From: Macrostomum lignano | Taxonomy: Eukaryota | Assembly (NCBI GenBank): GCA_002269645.1 | Contig: NIVC01000859.1 | Location: forward strand, 1-64,000 | Length of the DNA: 64,000 bases | Reading direction: 5' to 3' | In this document: positions 1 through 9,681 of the stretch, piece by piece | Layout of the letters: every line of letters begins with the position of its first letter | How positions within the stretch are numbered: the first letter of the stretch is position 1 | The notes under the pieces: generated by a model | Seen by the model: only the letters and a program-made list of their open reading frames with translations | The model's database searches: none | What the model was told of the DNA's origin: nothing | Position numbers and translations under genes: made by a program

Positions 1-750
1 GAAAAAAGCCAAGACTGTTTCTTCTCAACCAAATGTCGCATCATTCACAATCATTACGCCGTCACTCAGCATCTTTGAGCTTCAAAAGCACGAAGTAACT
101 CTTGATCGCCAATTTCATGGGGCAGTGTGTTCTAGATCGCTCCAAGATCATCATGTATCGACTTTACTATGACAAAATAAAACCCATGCTAGAATTCCGT
201 GATGGAGCAAGAGTTCGAGTTTGCGGTGGCGATACAGACTCGTTGTTTTTGAGCTTAGAGAACCTTAGTTTGCAGAGAGAAGTGCTGCCAATCCTGCATG
301 CCGAAGGCCTCTTGGACACCTCCAATTTTTCACTAATCATCCTCTCTTCTCGAATCGGCTAAAGGCCAAGCTAGGCTGCATTAAAGATGAAGCTGGTGGA
401 CTGCAACAGATTGAGTGGGTGCTGCTAAGGCCCAAGCTCTATTCTTTCCTCGCTGAAAGCTCGGCGGCATGCAAAGCAAAAGCAAAAGGCATCCAACGAA
501 GCGTGCTGAAGAATGAAGTCTCCCACGACGACTACGTCAAGATTTTCAAGGGGCTTCAAAGCTGTCGCTCACTGTTCGTCGAATTGGAAGTGAGAAACAT
601 CGCGTTTTCACCATTGAGCAACGTAAGCTCGCTCTCAGTATCTGGGAGGACAAGCGAGCGTGGACTGGCTCGAACTCAAGTCTTCCGTTCGGCCACTTTC
701 AGCTGTTAATCAGGGGTAGTCCGAAAAGGACAGCGGACTGCTTAGAGTGA
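1..750 (+). CDS. Protein-primed family B DNA polymerase, C-terminal part, with several small deletions shifting the frame
   Basis: Across frames: LDR(P)IFMGQCVLDRSKIIMY, GGDTDSLF (motif C DTDS), LDTSNF..HPLFSNRLKAKLGCIKDEAGG, LRPKLYS, KAKGI, RIGSEKHRVFTIEQRKLALSIWEDKR..SLPFGH; TGA at 748-750. Frameshifts near 105-115, 330 and 558. Confidence 0.92.
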
Positions 751-840
751 TGCTTTGCACATCTGTGTAACCTTGGCGTTGAAATTTATTGACTTTTACT
801 TATGTACTCCATGAATTGTTTCTGTGGTTTAATTAATCTG

Positions 841-900
841 AATGATGATGATGGTGATGATGGATGATGATGATAATGATGGATGATGATGATAATGACA
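841..900. repeat. (GAT)n microsatellite
   Basis: Imperfect tgatgatgat run; it explains the 864..1100 ORF. Confidence 0.9.
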
Positions 901-1479
901 ATGCTGGAACGAATAGAGCCAATTCAGTTAGTTACATATTTGTAGTCTCTAAGCAACTAACTGAGCGTAACATTTTCGAGTTGAGTTGTTCCAGATTTAT
1001 TTCAATACGAACTTGTGAAAGCCATGTTGGAATAATTTGCGGCATATTGGTCTGGCTTTCCCCTTTTTTATTATCCTTGAATTTTTGCACAATTGAATGA
1101 ACTGAGTTACTGTCCTTTTTTATCTTTGCTAGCTTTGCTACTCATATTTTTTTGTAACCATTATCCAATGATTATCTGAAAAATATTTGCTTCCTTTTTC
1201 ATTTCTGCTAGTTCTTGTTCGTTTTTGTCTTAGCAGTGCATAATCTGAGTGATGGGTGTGCTTTTTTTTCTTGAGTTGGTGTGGTCTGATTAAATTTTCT
1301 ATACTCAAACTAATATTGCGATTTCAGTTTTGAAAATAAAGAAAAAGTCGATCGAAGTCTGATTTTCAGGTATATTGATTAAAATGCACGCATCTTAATA
1401 CGTGGTATATGCATGCAAATTATTATATTTTTGTTCAGCTGTCGTCTTTTTATTTAATTGTTGAAACATATGGTTATTA

Positions 1480-2042
1480 TTAGCACAGAAAACGGACAAG
1501 CAAGGAAAAGTCGGAAATTAGCATGCTCATTGTTTTTGCACCACTGAGAACAAATGAGCCATTGTGAAAAAGCAGGCATTTGCAGAAGCTTAGTTTGCAG
1601 ATCAAAGCAGAAAATGATTCTGGCTCATATTGAGCACTTGGTAAAGTGTTTACAAGATTAGCGAGGGGAAGTGCTCTGCACAAGTCAATTTCCCATGAGC
1701 AGTAATAGTTTTAATCCGCACATGCACAGCTTGATGAGGCAGCAGTTGAGCAGGCACTCTGCGATGCAGCATAGCCACGAAGCGACGAGCGGCCCTGACT
1801 GAGGCCGAGTAGCTCCGGGCGCCACAGATACTCAGTTGTCCAGTCGGATAGAGCAATAGAGTCACTCTGGGATTCCGCATCCTCTTGATAAGCACTCGGG
1901 GCCAGACGGGACGATAGATGACATGAGCCATGCTGAGAGCCAGTTCCCGCAGAGGCAACTGGGCACCCCTGCCTCCAGCAAGTCTCAGATCCACGCCGCC
2001 GACCAGATTGGTCACTCGCAGGGCTGTCGCAGGTGTACTCAT
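1480..2042 (-). CDS. TATA-binding-protein (TBP)-like protein, two TBP repeats, ~187 aa, split by a 1-nt deletion near 1688
   Basis: Repeat 1: LRVTNLVGGVDL..LPLRELAL..IYRP..VLIKRMRNPRVTLLLYPTGQLSICGARS, aligning to TBP '[39 protein letters not shown]'. Repeat 2: QYEPESFSALICKL..CLLFHNGSFVLSGAK, aligning to 'SYEPELFPGLIYRM..LLIFVSGKIVLTGAK'. The copy at 56.2-56.7 kb has both repeats in one frame. Confidence 0.88.
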
Positions 2043-2554
2043 TTAGAGAGTCCTTTCTGCCTGTGGTACTGTCTTTGCGAGCTTTTGAGTGGTGCGGGCA
2101 CACCTCGCTTCTTAAGTTGATACAGAACTTCGGTTTCAGCCAGTTGTAGTACAGTAATACATTTTTCACTGCGCAACCAGTATCAGATGCTTGAATCAAA
2201 GGTGATCCCAGATCCTCTAGGTTGTACACCTGTCTGCCAAGCAGCTCAGTCAGAAAGATGGACTTTTCACCCCGCTTGTCCAGGTGGGACCGTAAGCAAT
2301 GTTTAGAATGTCATTGCCAAATGCATGTACGGTCGAGATCCATCTGTCCACTTGAAATGATGCAAATTCTTTGAGAGCTTTCTGTAATGCACTTGCATCT
2401 CAGGTGAGATTCTCTCCCATGAGAACGGAGAGGCGTACACGTGATGAGTGATATGGTAACTGCCAGCCCGGACTTGGGCAATGGCCAGCTCCTTCACAAC
2501 GAAATCTCTGCTCGATCTCTCGCGTGGGAAGCCTTGGAAGTCAATATAGTTCAT
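1711..2554 (-). CDS. DEDD-like 3'-5' nuclease of the type common in Polintons; frame continues over the TBP 5' half
   Basis: N-terminal YIDFQGF..DFVVKELA, then HHFKWTDG, EKSIFLTELLG.QVYNLEDLGSP..GCAVKNV..YNWL. ORFs 2303..2554 and 1711..2229 join into one frame if two single G deletions (~2318 and ~2271) are restored. Confidence 0.65.
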
Positions 2555-2628
2555 GATCGGATGGTTTCAAGACGCAAGATGTCGGGAAGCCGACTCAGTT
2601 CCCCTTCTTAAATAGTTTTTTTTCCTGC

Positions 2629-3288
2629 TCAGTGTAGCCAGGCTCTCCCACTCCCGAATCCCTTAACTGTATGATGTGCAGGGGTGGCCTCTGGAGAAAC
2701 AGCCGGTTTAGAAATTAGCTGCCTTACTGACTTTCCTATAGCCGAAGCTGGGATGTTAAGCTTTTTGTCTTGAAGCAATGAGACAAACTCACTCCAGCCT
2801 ACCGGCTCGTTGGCACATTTCGAATCCCTCACCGCACTGTGAAACAAATCCAGGATGTTTGAGGAGGGTATTGTCTTCCCAGAAATTTGCGCCTCGCCAT
2901 TTTCGGACACCTGAATCAGAGAGGGATTGCCAGATAGGATGGCCCATAGACTGCGGGCTCTCGCTTTAAACTTCTGCGGCACGGATTGGGTGATCTTTTC
3001 CCCCCAGCTGCTTGGTGCAATATCTGTTTTCAGCATCTTTGCATCACTCGCAGGTACCGCACCATCCTTTCCAGTCCGCTTGCGCTTGGCCAGCAAACTC
3101 TTCATCGCATCATGGTACATGGCAGCTTTCACATCGTCTGGGCAATCCTCGGCAAGCAAAATATCATTGCATTTCCTCTGCGCATATCTCACAGCAGTGT
3201 CGAGTTCAGACTCGACTGGCTTCAAATTCTGTGTGAGCATGTCGTACTCTGACTTGGGGATCAGAACCATTTCTGAGAACTTATTCAT
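2629..3288 (-). CDS. Conserved Polinton/adintovirus protein of unknown function (219 aa)
   Basis: MVLIP N-terminus and 'SENGEAQISGKTIPSSNILDL..P.GW.EF..L...NIP..AI' pattern recalled from Polinton proteins; intact and in-cluster. Confidence 0.7.
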   Translation of the reverse strand: MNKFSEMVLIPKSEYDMLTQNLKPVESELDTAVRYAQRKCNDILLAEDCPDDVKAAMYHDAMKSLLAKRKRTGKDGAVPASDAKMLKTDIAPSSWGEKITQSVPQKFKARARSLWAILSGNPSLIQVSENGEAQISGKTIPSSNILDLFHSAVRDSKCANEPVGWSEFVSLLQDKKLNIPASAIGKSVRQLISKPAVSPEATPAHHTVKGFGSGRAWLH

Positions 3289-3598
3289 TTTGCTTCTTTT
3301 TCTTCACTAGCTTTATTAGAATGTAGAGAATTTTGATAAAACCCGTATTTAGCAGATCCGCAGTTCTTCTATGTGTAGAAATTTTGCGGATTATTTGCTT
3401 TTGCTTCACCAGCGCTGCCTTTTGAGTGAGTGAGAACGACAGAGTGTTTTGCAATAGGTTGTAGCAGGCCTCAATGAGAAATTCACGTACGGCTTTTGGA
3501 CCCGCTCTGATCAACAGACGTTTAAAGCTGATGGAATATTTCGGTGACGCGAGAACATTAAACAAACTTTCATGTGAGTCAAAGGTTTCCATTATCAT
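3281..3598 (-). CDS. Small basic Polinton virion-type protein (protein X/core-like, 105 aa)
   Basis: 'LIRAG...REFLIEACYNLLQNTLSFSLTQKAALVKQKQIIRKIS' pattern; lies directly downstream of the ATPase. Confidence 0.6.
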   Translation of the reverse strand: MIMETFDSHESLFNVLASPKYSISFKRLLIRAGPKAVREFLIEACYNLLQNTLSFSLTQKAALVKQKQIIRKISTHRRTADLLNTGFIKILYILIKLVKKKKQNE

Positions 3599-3645
3599 TA
3601 GTGTTGCAGAATATAGAACAAATGGCGAAATCTCGGCTGTTATTC

Positions 3646-4299
3646 TTAAGTGTAAACAAGGTGGGGTCGCTGATTGGGCAGGATTCGAGCCCGGACGCGC
3701 AGCTCATCAGGGGTGGAAGGGTGAAAATCCAGGAGCAGGTAGGCTCCCCTGCCGTGCGATGTCACGTGCTTGAACACTGACAGCAGAAAGCCGGGCTTCT
3801 CAGCAAAGCACTGCCTGCCCAGCGCATCAATCTGCAGCTGGTCTCTGGGGTTCTTCATGATCACAAAGTACATCGCATTCAGACTCATTGTTCGCAACTC
3901 CTTCCCTTTAAAAAATACATTTTGGGTGAGCATAACCAGAAAGCAGGGCAAATGATGGGCAATTCCAGTGAAAACATTTCGCATTGCAGCAGAATTGGAA
4001 GTTTCTTCAATCAGGTCATCAAATACAACCAGGTCATTGGGTCTCAGTGCGGTCTCGATACTGCTGGGAAATCCCTGCTGCAGGTGCACGCCGAGACTGC
4101 TGAGCTCAGAGTGTGCTACTTGTGAAATCCCGTAGTACCACAGAACTCTCCCAGGCTTCACATCAAACATGACATCCTTGTATTGTATCAGATGTTTCAC
4201 GAAGGTTGTCTTTCCTGCATTTGTAGGCCCGCTGACAATCATGCAGCTTCCCTGTCGCAGGCGCACATCATAACAGTTTATCCGCTCACGTGTTTCCAT
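3646..4299 (-). CDS. A32/FtsK-like genome-packaging ATPase
   Basis: Walker A GPTNAGKT, Walker B LVVFDDL, HH..FLVMLTQN, RTMSLNAMYFVIMKNPRD; intact, 217 aa. Confidence 0.95.
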   Translation of the reverse strand: METRERINCYDVRLRQGSCMIVSGPTNAGKTTFVKHLIQYKDVMFDVKPGRVLWYYGISQVAHSELSSLGVHLQQGFPSSIETALRPNDLVVFDDLIEETSNSAAMRNVFTGIAHHLPCFLVMLTQNVFFKGKELRTMSLNAMYFVIMKNPRDQLQIDALGRQCFAEKPGFLLSVFKHVTSHGRGAYLLLDFHPSTPDELRVRARILPNQRPHLVYT

Positions 4300-4325
4300 T
4301 GCCTGTTGAGCTAAATTCTTGATTT

Positions 4326-4850
4326 TTAAAATCTAATTAAATTTCTTTTTCTTAAGCAACTCTCAAACCTTTGCAGGATTCTTTCATTCAAGTGGCTCTG
4401 CTGATTTGCATGGAGGTGCCGCAGAACCCACTCAAACGAGCGCTTGAAACGAAACTTTTGATAGGCAAACAAGAGACAGAACAAACCGCATTTAGCAGAG
4501 TTGCAGCTCTGAATTCGATTCACATTGCTACGTAAGTAGAATGGAGAATACCAAAAGGATTTCAGTGCTCTGTGAATGATCTCTAAAGTGCTGGAGTCCC
4601 AGCCCAGAGAGTTAAAGAGTTCTATGGAATTCTCCTTATCAGTATAACAAACCACCCAGTGACCGAAGGATGAGCTGTACTGAAGCAGAAAGAAAATAAA
4701 CTTACATCGAGATAAATTTCTTTTGAGAGTTGCTCACTGAATAAAGTTCAAAGCATAAGATGTTTTATTTATTGAATTCAAGACAATAATTAAACAGTTA
4801 TTTTGTGGCAAAAAGCTTTTAGCCAGTTTAAGCAGTTGAAAAGCATCCAT
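4326..4850 (-). CDS. Adenain-like (C5) maturation cysteine protease with one in-frame TGA at 4734-4736
   Basis: ATG at 4850 (MDAFQLLK) is in frame with FGHWVVCY (His), ELFNSLG and RIQSCNSAKCGLFC (Gln, Cys). Confidence 0.85.
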
Positions 4851-4873
4851 ATTAGCGTTGCGCCAGCGTACTC

Positions 4874-6156
4874 CTAGGATGGAAAATCTAGCAGAATCTC
4901 CCTGTGCTTCGTGACCTCAATCAGTGAGTCATACAGGCACATAACAATCAGAGATACAGGCTCCTCCAGGGCCTGTCGGAAGCGAATCTCCAGCCGCAAA
5001 TTCCCTCCTTCTGTCCGTACCACAGGGCCGCTCCCTCAGGCGTGAGATCGAATGCGAAAGCTGTGTTGCCGTTGGAGAACAACTGGTAGGGGACCCACGG
5101 AACCGAGTTGGTAGGGCTGGCTGACTGACAGCTTTTCAGGTAGTGCAAGTACTCTCTCACGAATGAATTATTCTCAGGTGCAAATGCAGCGTGGCACATG
5201 GCTTCACCACCTTTCTTTAGTGCTAGCTGGCTGAGGTTGAAGCTCTGGAACTCGAAGGGGCTGGAATGGTGATGGCCATTGAAGGCTCGGTGGTTCACGA
5301 AGACCAGCATAACGAACTTCGGCAGTTTGCCATGGGTGAATCCTTCAATGTTTTTTGACTGAATTCCCTGGGGTAGAATAAAGTTTTGCATTTCGGTTCG
5401 CTCGATGGGGTAAAGTGCGTTCTGATTGGTAAGTCCCTGTTCATGCGCCAGGCTGATGTGAGGCGCCACTTTGACTCGGCGCAGGTTCAGAATGCAGTGG
5501 GAGATTTCCATTCGGTAGGCTGTGTTGTTCTCATCTGGGGTTCGGATGGCGAATGCAGTATCGCTGGGCATCAGCTTGATGTGCAGGTGTAAATTGTTCA
5601 GCAGCAGAACAGGACACTGGAAAATGTCGCTGAGCAGTGGTCCCGCATACTCCACCCAGCGGGACTCCCTGTGTCTCTCGGCATGCCCCTCAGCAGCAGT
5701 TTCGGGTTCCAGGAATCCGGCGGGGTAGAACTTTAACTGCTGAGCATCGGATGAGCTCATGAGAGCTTTTAGGTAGGCATGGTAGGGGTAGAGCTGGTCT
5801 CCACCTGATACAATGCGCTGGTTGATGCTCACGATTACATCTGAGAATGCCGTAGACAGGACAAAGTTTTCTGGGTGCACCCCACTGTCTCTGCGCTCAG
5901 TGACAACTCCATCGGCATTTCGAACCTCCTCCCTCATCAAAGCCCCGCCAAGCCGGACTAGGCGACAGCGAATATACAGGAATGAGCTCAGCAGATCAGT
6001 GTACTCATCAGCCGATGGATGACAGTCGAATTCAATAGGTGAGTTAGTAGCAATAGAGTTCACGGGGTGAATATCAACATATGTGGATTTTTCAATGGCA
6101 GTCTGCAGCACGGGGGACTTGAACAAATCGAGTCTCGGGTTGAATCCGTAAGCCAT
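4874..6156 (-). CDS. Major capsid protein (double jelly-roll), 1-nt deletion near 5002
   Basis: LDLFKSPVLQTAIEKSTYVDIHP..SPIEF..YTDL.SSFLY N-terminus. The shifted frame supplies the typical C-terminus GNLRLEIRFRQALEEPVSLIV..DSLIEVTKHREILLDFPS*. Confidence 0.93.
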
Positions 6157-6158
6157 TG

Positions 6159-6569
6159 CTATGAGAGCGAGTCCAGAACACGTTTAACAGTCTTTTTGCT
6201 CACTTTTTGCTTTCCTTTGCCTGTTTTCTTGCTTTGAGTTTTAGACCTCCCTTTCTTAGGTTTATTTCGCCCTGACTGGCTTCTTTTCGGTGATTTCTCC
6301 GTCTTACTCTTTTTCTTCTTTTTTGTCTGCTTCTTACTGCCCTGTTTGACTAGTCGCTGCTTTGGTCTGTTTCTATTGCTTCTGCTGTTGCTGCTGCTAC
6401 CGCTGGCGGTGGTATGCCCTGGCTTTGATAGCGATATTGACTTTGTGGAAGCTTCTGGAGGAGGCTGATAAGTCATGATTCCTGGAAAACTCCCACAGCC
6501 ATAGAGCGCCGGCTTTTGGCTTCCTGCCAGAGTCCCTGAATACTGACGAATCAGCTGTTGGTAGTTCAT
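6159..6569 (-). CDS. Lys/Arg/Ser-rich basic protein, probable DNA-condensing core protein
   Basis: N-terminal Y..Q..G..LYGCG (possible adenain GxG site) followed by a highly basic tail; lies between penton and MCP. Confidence 0.6.
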   Translation of the reverse strand: MNYQQLIRQYSGTLAGSQKPALYGCGSFPGIMTYQPPPEASTKSISLSKPGHTTASGSSSNSRSNRNRPKQRLVKQGSKKQTKKKKKSKTEKSPKRSQSGRNKPKKGRSKTQSKKTGKGKQKVSKKTVKRVLDSLS

Positions 6570-7375
6570 TGTATTAGCCTTTCCCGAATATGAACTGTGA
6601 GCAGAACAGGGCTGCTGCTCCGAGCAGTCAGTGAGTAGCCAAAGATGTCACGCAGTTGAAATCTAATGCCATGTAGAAAATTAGCTTTCTGAATCGGGAA
6701 GAATATTGCTTTCTTAAACACTTTGCTCATGTAGCTGCCCCATTCGACATCGGATGACATGCTCACAGTTCGCAGCACGGAGTTCCAGTTACAGTTTGTT
6801 CGCTCCACAATGCTGCAGTGCAAGTTGATCAGGTTGGTGGGCGGACAACCGATGCAGCAGAGTGACACTTGCCGTCCGGGTGGGATCTTCACAGGCTGGT
6901 TTCCGAATCCCAGCCACTGCAGAATTTTACTTGATGGAAGGAACAATTCTGCTCGAGCCGTGTTGTTGAGCACTACCGTTCTCAACTCTTGGATTTCAAA
7001 CTTTATGCCAATATCTCTAGCGCTGCTTCGCCCCATTAAACCGGACTCATCAGCTTCCATTTCAGACTCCCTTTCGCTCATTGCATCGAAGAACAGTGAC
7101 TCAGAGTTGGCCAGCAGCTCATTCATGCGCTCAACCAGTTCCTCCACTCTAGCAAAGCGTCCGGGTTGAAGAACCAGGGCCTCATGCTCTCTTCCATCTG
7201 AGACAGTGAAGCAGTAAGGCTCGTCAACATTGAACCATGCAGCAGGCAGATGGATTTCAGCCAGACCTGCCTCATAGTCCACATTTCGATCCAAGTAAAT
7301 AGGTGAAGGCAGGTGAAAATGAAAGTCACTAGGAGTACCTTCAGCATTTTCGCTACAAATGATGATGCTTCTCAT
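6566..7375 (-). CDS. Minor capsid protein (penton, single jelly-roll)
   Basis: SDFHFHLPSPIYLD..YEAGLAEIHLP..WFNV; LHCSIVE..VLRTV; IRFQLRDIFG..VLLTVHIR. Confidence 0.88.
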   Translation of the reverse strand: MRSIIICSENAEGTPSDFHFHLPSPIYLDRNVDYEAGLAEIHLPAAWFNVDEPYCFTVSDGREHEALVLQPGRFARVEELVERMNELLANSESLFFDAMSERESEMEADESGLMGRSSARDIGIKFEIQELRTVVLNNTARAELFLPSSKILQWLGFGNQPVKIPPGRQVSLCCIGCPPTNLINLHCSIVERTNCNWNSVLRTVSMSSDVEWGSYMSKVFKKAIFFPIQKANFLHGIRFQLRDIFGYSLTARSSSPVLLTVHIRERLIQ

Positions 7376-7405
7376 AGTTGGGAATGGCTGCACAATGTCG
7401 GTATC

Positions 7406-8479
7406 TTACACTTTTCTTAAGTCCTTCTCATCCACCCAGTCAGTGGACTTGTAGCCGGCCCACTTGACGAGATATCGGATCTTTCCCTTCCGCTTCTCAG
7501 TCTTCAGAACCTTCTCGATTACATACAGCCGCTGCGAGTCCGGAACAGCTTGCAGCTCATGCTCATGGAAGAGGCCTCTAATGTCTTCCCCCTTCATGTC
7601 TCGAATCCTGTACATGTAGGGATAATGCTTTGGTGCCCTAAACACTATGGTGTACACCTCCTCGCTCCAGTTCGCCTTGTATCCCTTCCTGAAGAGTCTG
7701 GGTGCATTGGAAATCCGCACATGATCTGATTGGTTTTCACAGAACTTCGGTTTTCTCAGTTTCTCAACTGTCTCAATCGCTTTCCCATCATAAAGGTTCA
7801 TCCACACTTCAGTCTCGTTTGCTTTGCTGACATTCATTGGTGTAGTCTTGATGCTTCTGTGGAAAGTATTGTTATAGGACTTGACCAGTTTAGGCAGCAC
7901 ATCAAGCCATTGTAGAGTGCTGTTGTGAGTAAAGTAACGCCACATCTTGCTTTTTAAAGTTCGATTCCATCTTTCAATTATGGCTGCTTTGTGCTCACTG
8001 CTAGTTGGAAACGCCAGAATCCCCCGGTCTATGCAGAACTGGCGAAAAATTGCGTTGACAAACTCCTTTCCCTGATCTGTGCGGACAGTGCGCGGCTGCC
8101 GCTTTGAGCTCTTCAGCATGCTCTCAAACGCAGATTTCACTTCTGCCGCGCTCTTAGACTTCAGTGCTCGGGCCATTGCAAATTTAGACAAAACATCAAT
8201 GCAGGTGAGAATGTATTTATGCCCGCGATTATACTTTGCAAACGGAATCATTTCCACCAGATCCATCTCCCACTGATCATCAATGGCCCTCACTATTATT
8301 GGCGCCCTTGGAAATCGTACTCTAGCTGGCTTATGCAGAGTGTGTACTGGCTGCTGACTTAGCCACTGCTCAATGCTCTTGACTCCAATATGCTCGCCTC
8401 TTTTTCGCAGTTCATGTTGCAGTTTTGAAGAACTGCAATAGCTCGCAGGCTGATTTGGATTGAAATAATTTTTTTCCAT
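7406..8479 (-). CDS. Retroviral-like (rve) DDE integrase with C-terminal chromodomain
   Basis: YFNPNQPASY, WLSQQPVHTLHKP, QWEMDLVEM (D), VRTDQGKEF (D), IIERWNRTLK (E); chromodomain YVIEKVLK..RYLVKWAGY. Intact; likely start MEKNY at 8479. Confidence 0.97.
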   Translation of the reverse strand: MEKNYFNPNQPASYCSSSKLQHELRKRGEHIGVKSIEQWLSQQPVHTLHKPARVRFPRAPIIVRAIDDQWEMDLVEMIPFAKYNRGHKYILTCIDVLSKFAMARALKSKSAAEVKSAFESMLKSSKRQPRTVRTDQGKEFVNAIFRQFCIDRGILAFPTSSEHKAAIIERWNRTLKSKMWRYFTHNSTLQWLDVLPKLVKSYNNTFHRSIKTTPMNVSKANETEVWMNLYDGKAIETVEKLRKPKFCENQSDHVRISNAPRLFRKGYKANWSEEVYTIVFRAPKHYPYMYRIRDMKGEDIRGLFHEHELQAVPDSQRLYVIEKVLKTEKRKGKIRYLVKWAGYKSTDWVDEKDLRKV

Positions 8480-8646
8480 TTTCAGAAACAAAGAAACATT
8501 TTTTTTAGGTTTTCTTAAGACATTGAAAATGCATAGCGCATGTGAAAGCAAGCATATATTTTTTATTTTCAAACAAAGAGATGGAAAGCAGGTCTGGATA
8601 AAAAGCTCGTAGCACAGAGTTTGTCTCAATGTCAGAGGGTCTGCAA

Positions 8647-9414
8647 TCAGTCGAAGCACGGCCTGGGCAGCTTCATGGCATCCAATCTGCGCAGAGCGAA
8701 CGGCGGCTGCTTGCGTTTCCTGGCGTTCTCAGCGGCGGCTGCTTGAGCTCGGAACTGGTACCAGACTGGATCCTCTTGCAGATCAGTGTCCTGCCGAGGA
8801 ATCGCTCCAGCTGCTGGCTTGGTCAGTTGCAGAGGCGTTGAAGTGGCAAACGCTGTGTCGATTTGCAGATTGGATGGCATGCCAGCCACATCGCCAGCAG
8901 CAGCAGGAGCATCGTCCTCCGCCTTCACTACCGGCTTGGTCTCTTCCGCGTTTTCGCCAGCACCGTCTTCATTTTCGATGCTGTTGGAGGAAGATCCCGA
9001 CTCCAGCTCGTATACATCGGAAATCTCACGTGGAGCCGATAGCTGCTCGTCGATCCAATCCGCGTACTGCCACAGCTTTCGCCACAGCGGCGGTGTCAGC
9101 GGCACGGTGTTCCGCTTAAGAAACTCGTCGCAGCAGTCCTCCGGCAATCGCTTTAACCAGATAATGCCGTTTTTCACTTCGATGAACTTATCGAAGCCGA
9201 GTTTGACAACCTTTGGCTGTTTGTCCAAGGCCGCCTTGACAAGCGATCGCTTCAACTCCTTGAGCTTCTCCCACTGACGGATGTTCAAATTGAAGCCGGG
9301 GACTCCAGGTTTCAAACTCGAAGTGCTGCCATGTCGGTAAAATTTTCTGATAGCAATGAACATAACTCCTTCATACTCCTGTATTTGGAGTTTATATCCT
9401 TCGCCGATGTCCAT
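8647..9414 (-). CDS. Protein with two PC4/Sub1-like ssDNA-binding domains and a low-complexity tail (255 aa)
   Basis: Domain 1: DIGEGYKLQIQEYEGVMFIAIRKFY..KPGVPGFNLNIRQWEKLKE, resembling PC4 'SVRDFKGKVLIDIREY..PGRKGISLNPEQWSQLKE'. Domain 2, degenerate: KLGFDKFIEV..TVPLTPPLWRKL..IDEQL. Confidence 0.72.
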   Translation of the reverse strand: MDIGEGYKLQIQEYEGVMFIAIRKFYRHGSTSSLKPGVPGFNLNIRQWEKLKELKRSLVKAALDKQPKVVKLGFDKFIEVKNGIIWLKRLPEDCCDEFLKRNTVPLTPPLWRKLWQYADWIDEQLSAPREISDVYELESGSSSNSIENEDGAGENAEETKPVVKAEDDAPAAAGDVAGMPSNLQIDTAFATSTPLQLTKPAAGAIPRQDTDLQEDPVWYQFRAQAAAAENARKRKQPPFALRRLDAMKLPRPCFD

Positions 9415-9489
9415 GACTTAAAATCTAACAGAATAAACTATCTCGTCGAAAAAAATTCGTTTTTCATGAATCAAAGAGATTTTTTGGTC

Positions 9490-9497
9490 CTTATATA
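9490..9497 (-). promoter_or_regulatory. Candidate TATA box (TATATAAG) ~75 nt upstream of the first gene of the minus-strand cluster
   Basis: Plus-strand cttatata; reverse complement matches TATAWAAR. Confidence 0.45.
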
Positions 9498-9535
9498 GAC
9501 TAAACCACTGCAGCAGACATACAGCAATAGAAAAA

Positions 9536-9681
9536 CATAGGCCTATGTTCTCTCACTAAGGCCCCATGGAATTTCCATGGCTTTCCCTGCGGCAGAGTCC
9601 ACCAATGCATTTACATAGGCGCTATGTTTACACACTACAGGCCCGTGGTTTTCCCACGGAAATTCCTGCGGCAGAGTCCAC
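9536..9681. repeat. Two imperfect ~67-bp direct repeats, each with a 6-bp hairpin
   Basis: cataggc..ccatgg-aattt-ccatgg..cctgcggcagagtccac and cataggc..ccgtgg-ttttc-ccacgg..cctgcggcagagtccac. Confidence 0.8.

Noticed and set aside
2778-3773. Plus-strand ORFs overlapping the Polinton genes; also 5386-6022, 6759-8276 and 8786-9277
   Set aside because: Antisense shadows of well-supported minus-strand genes.
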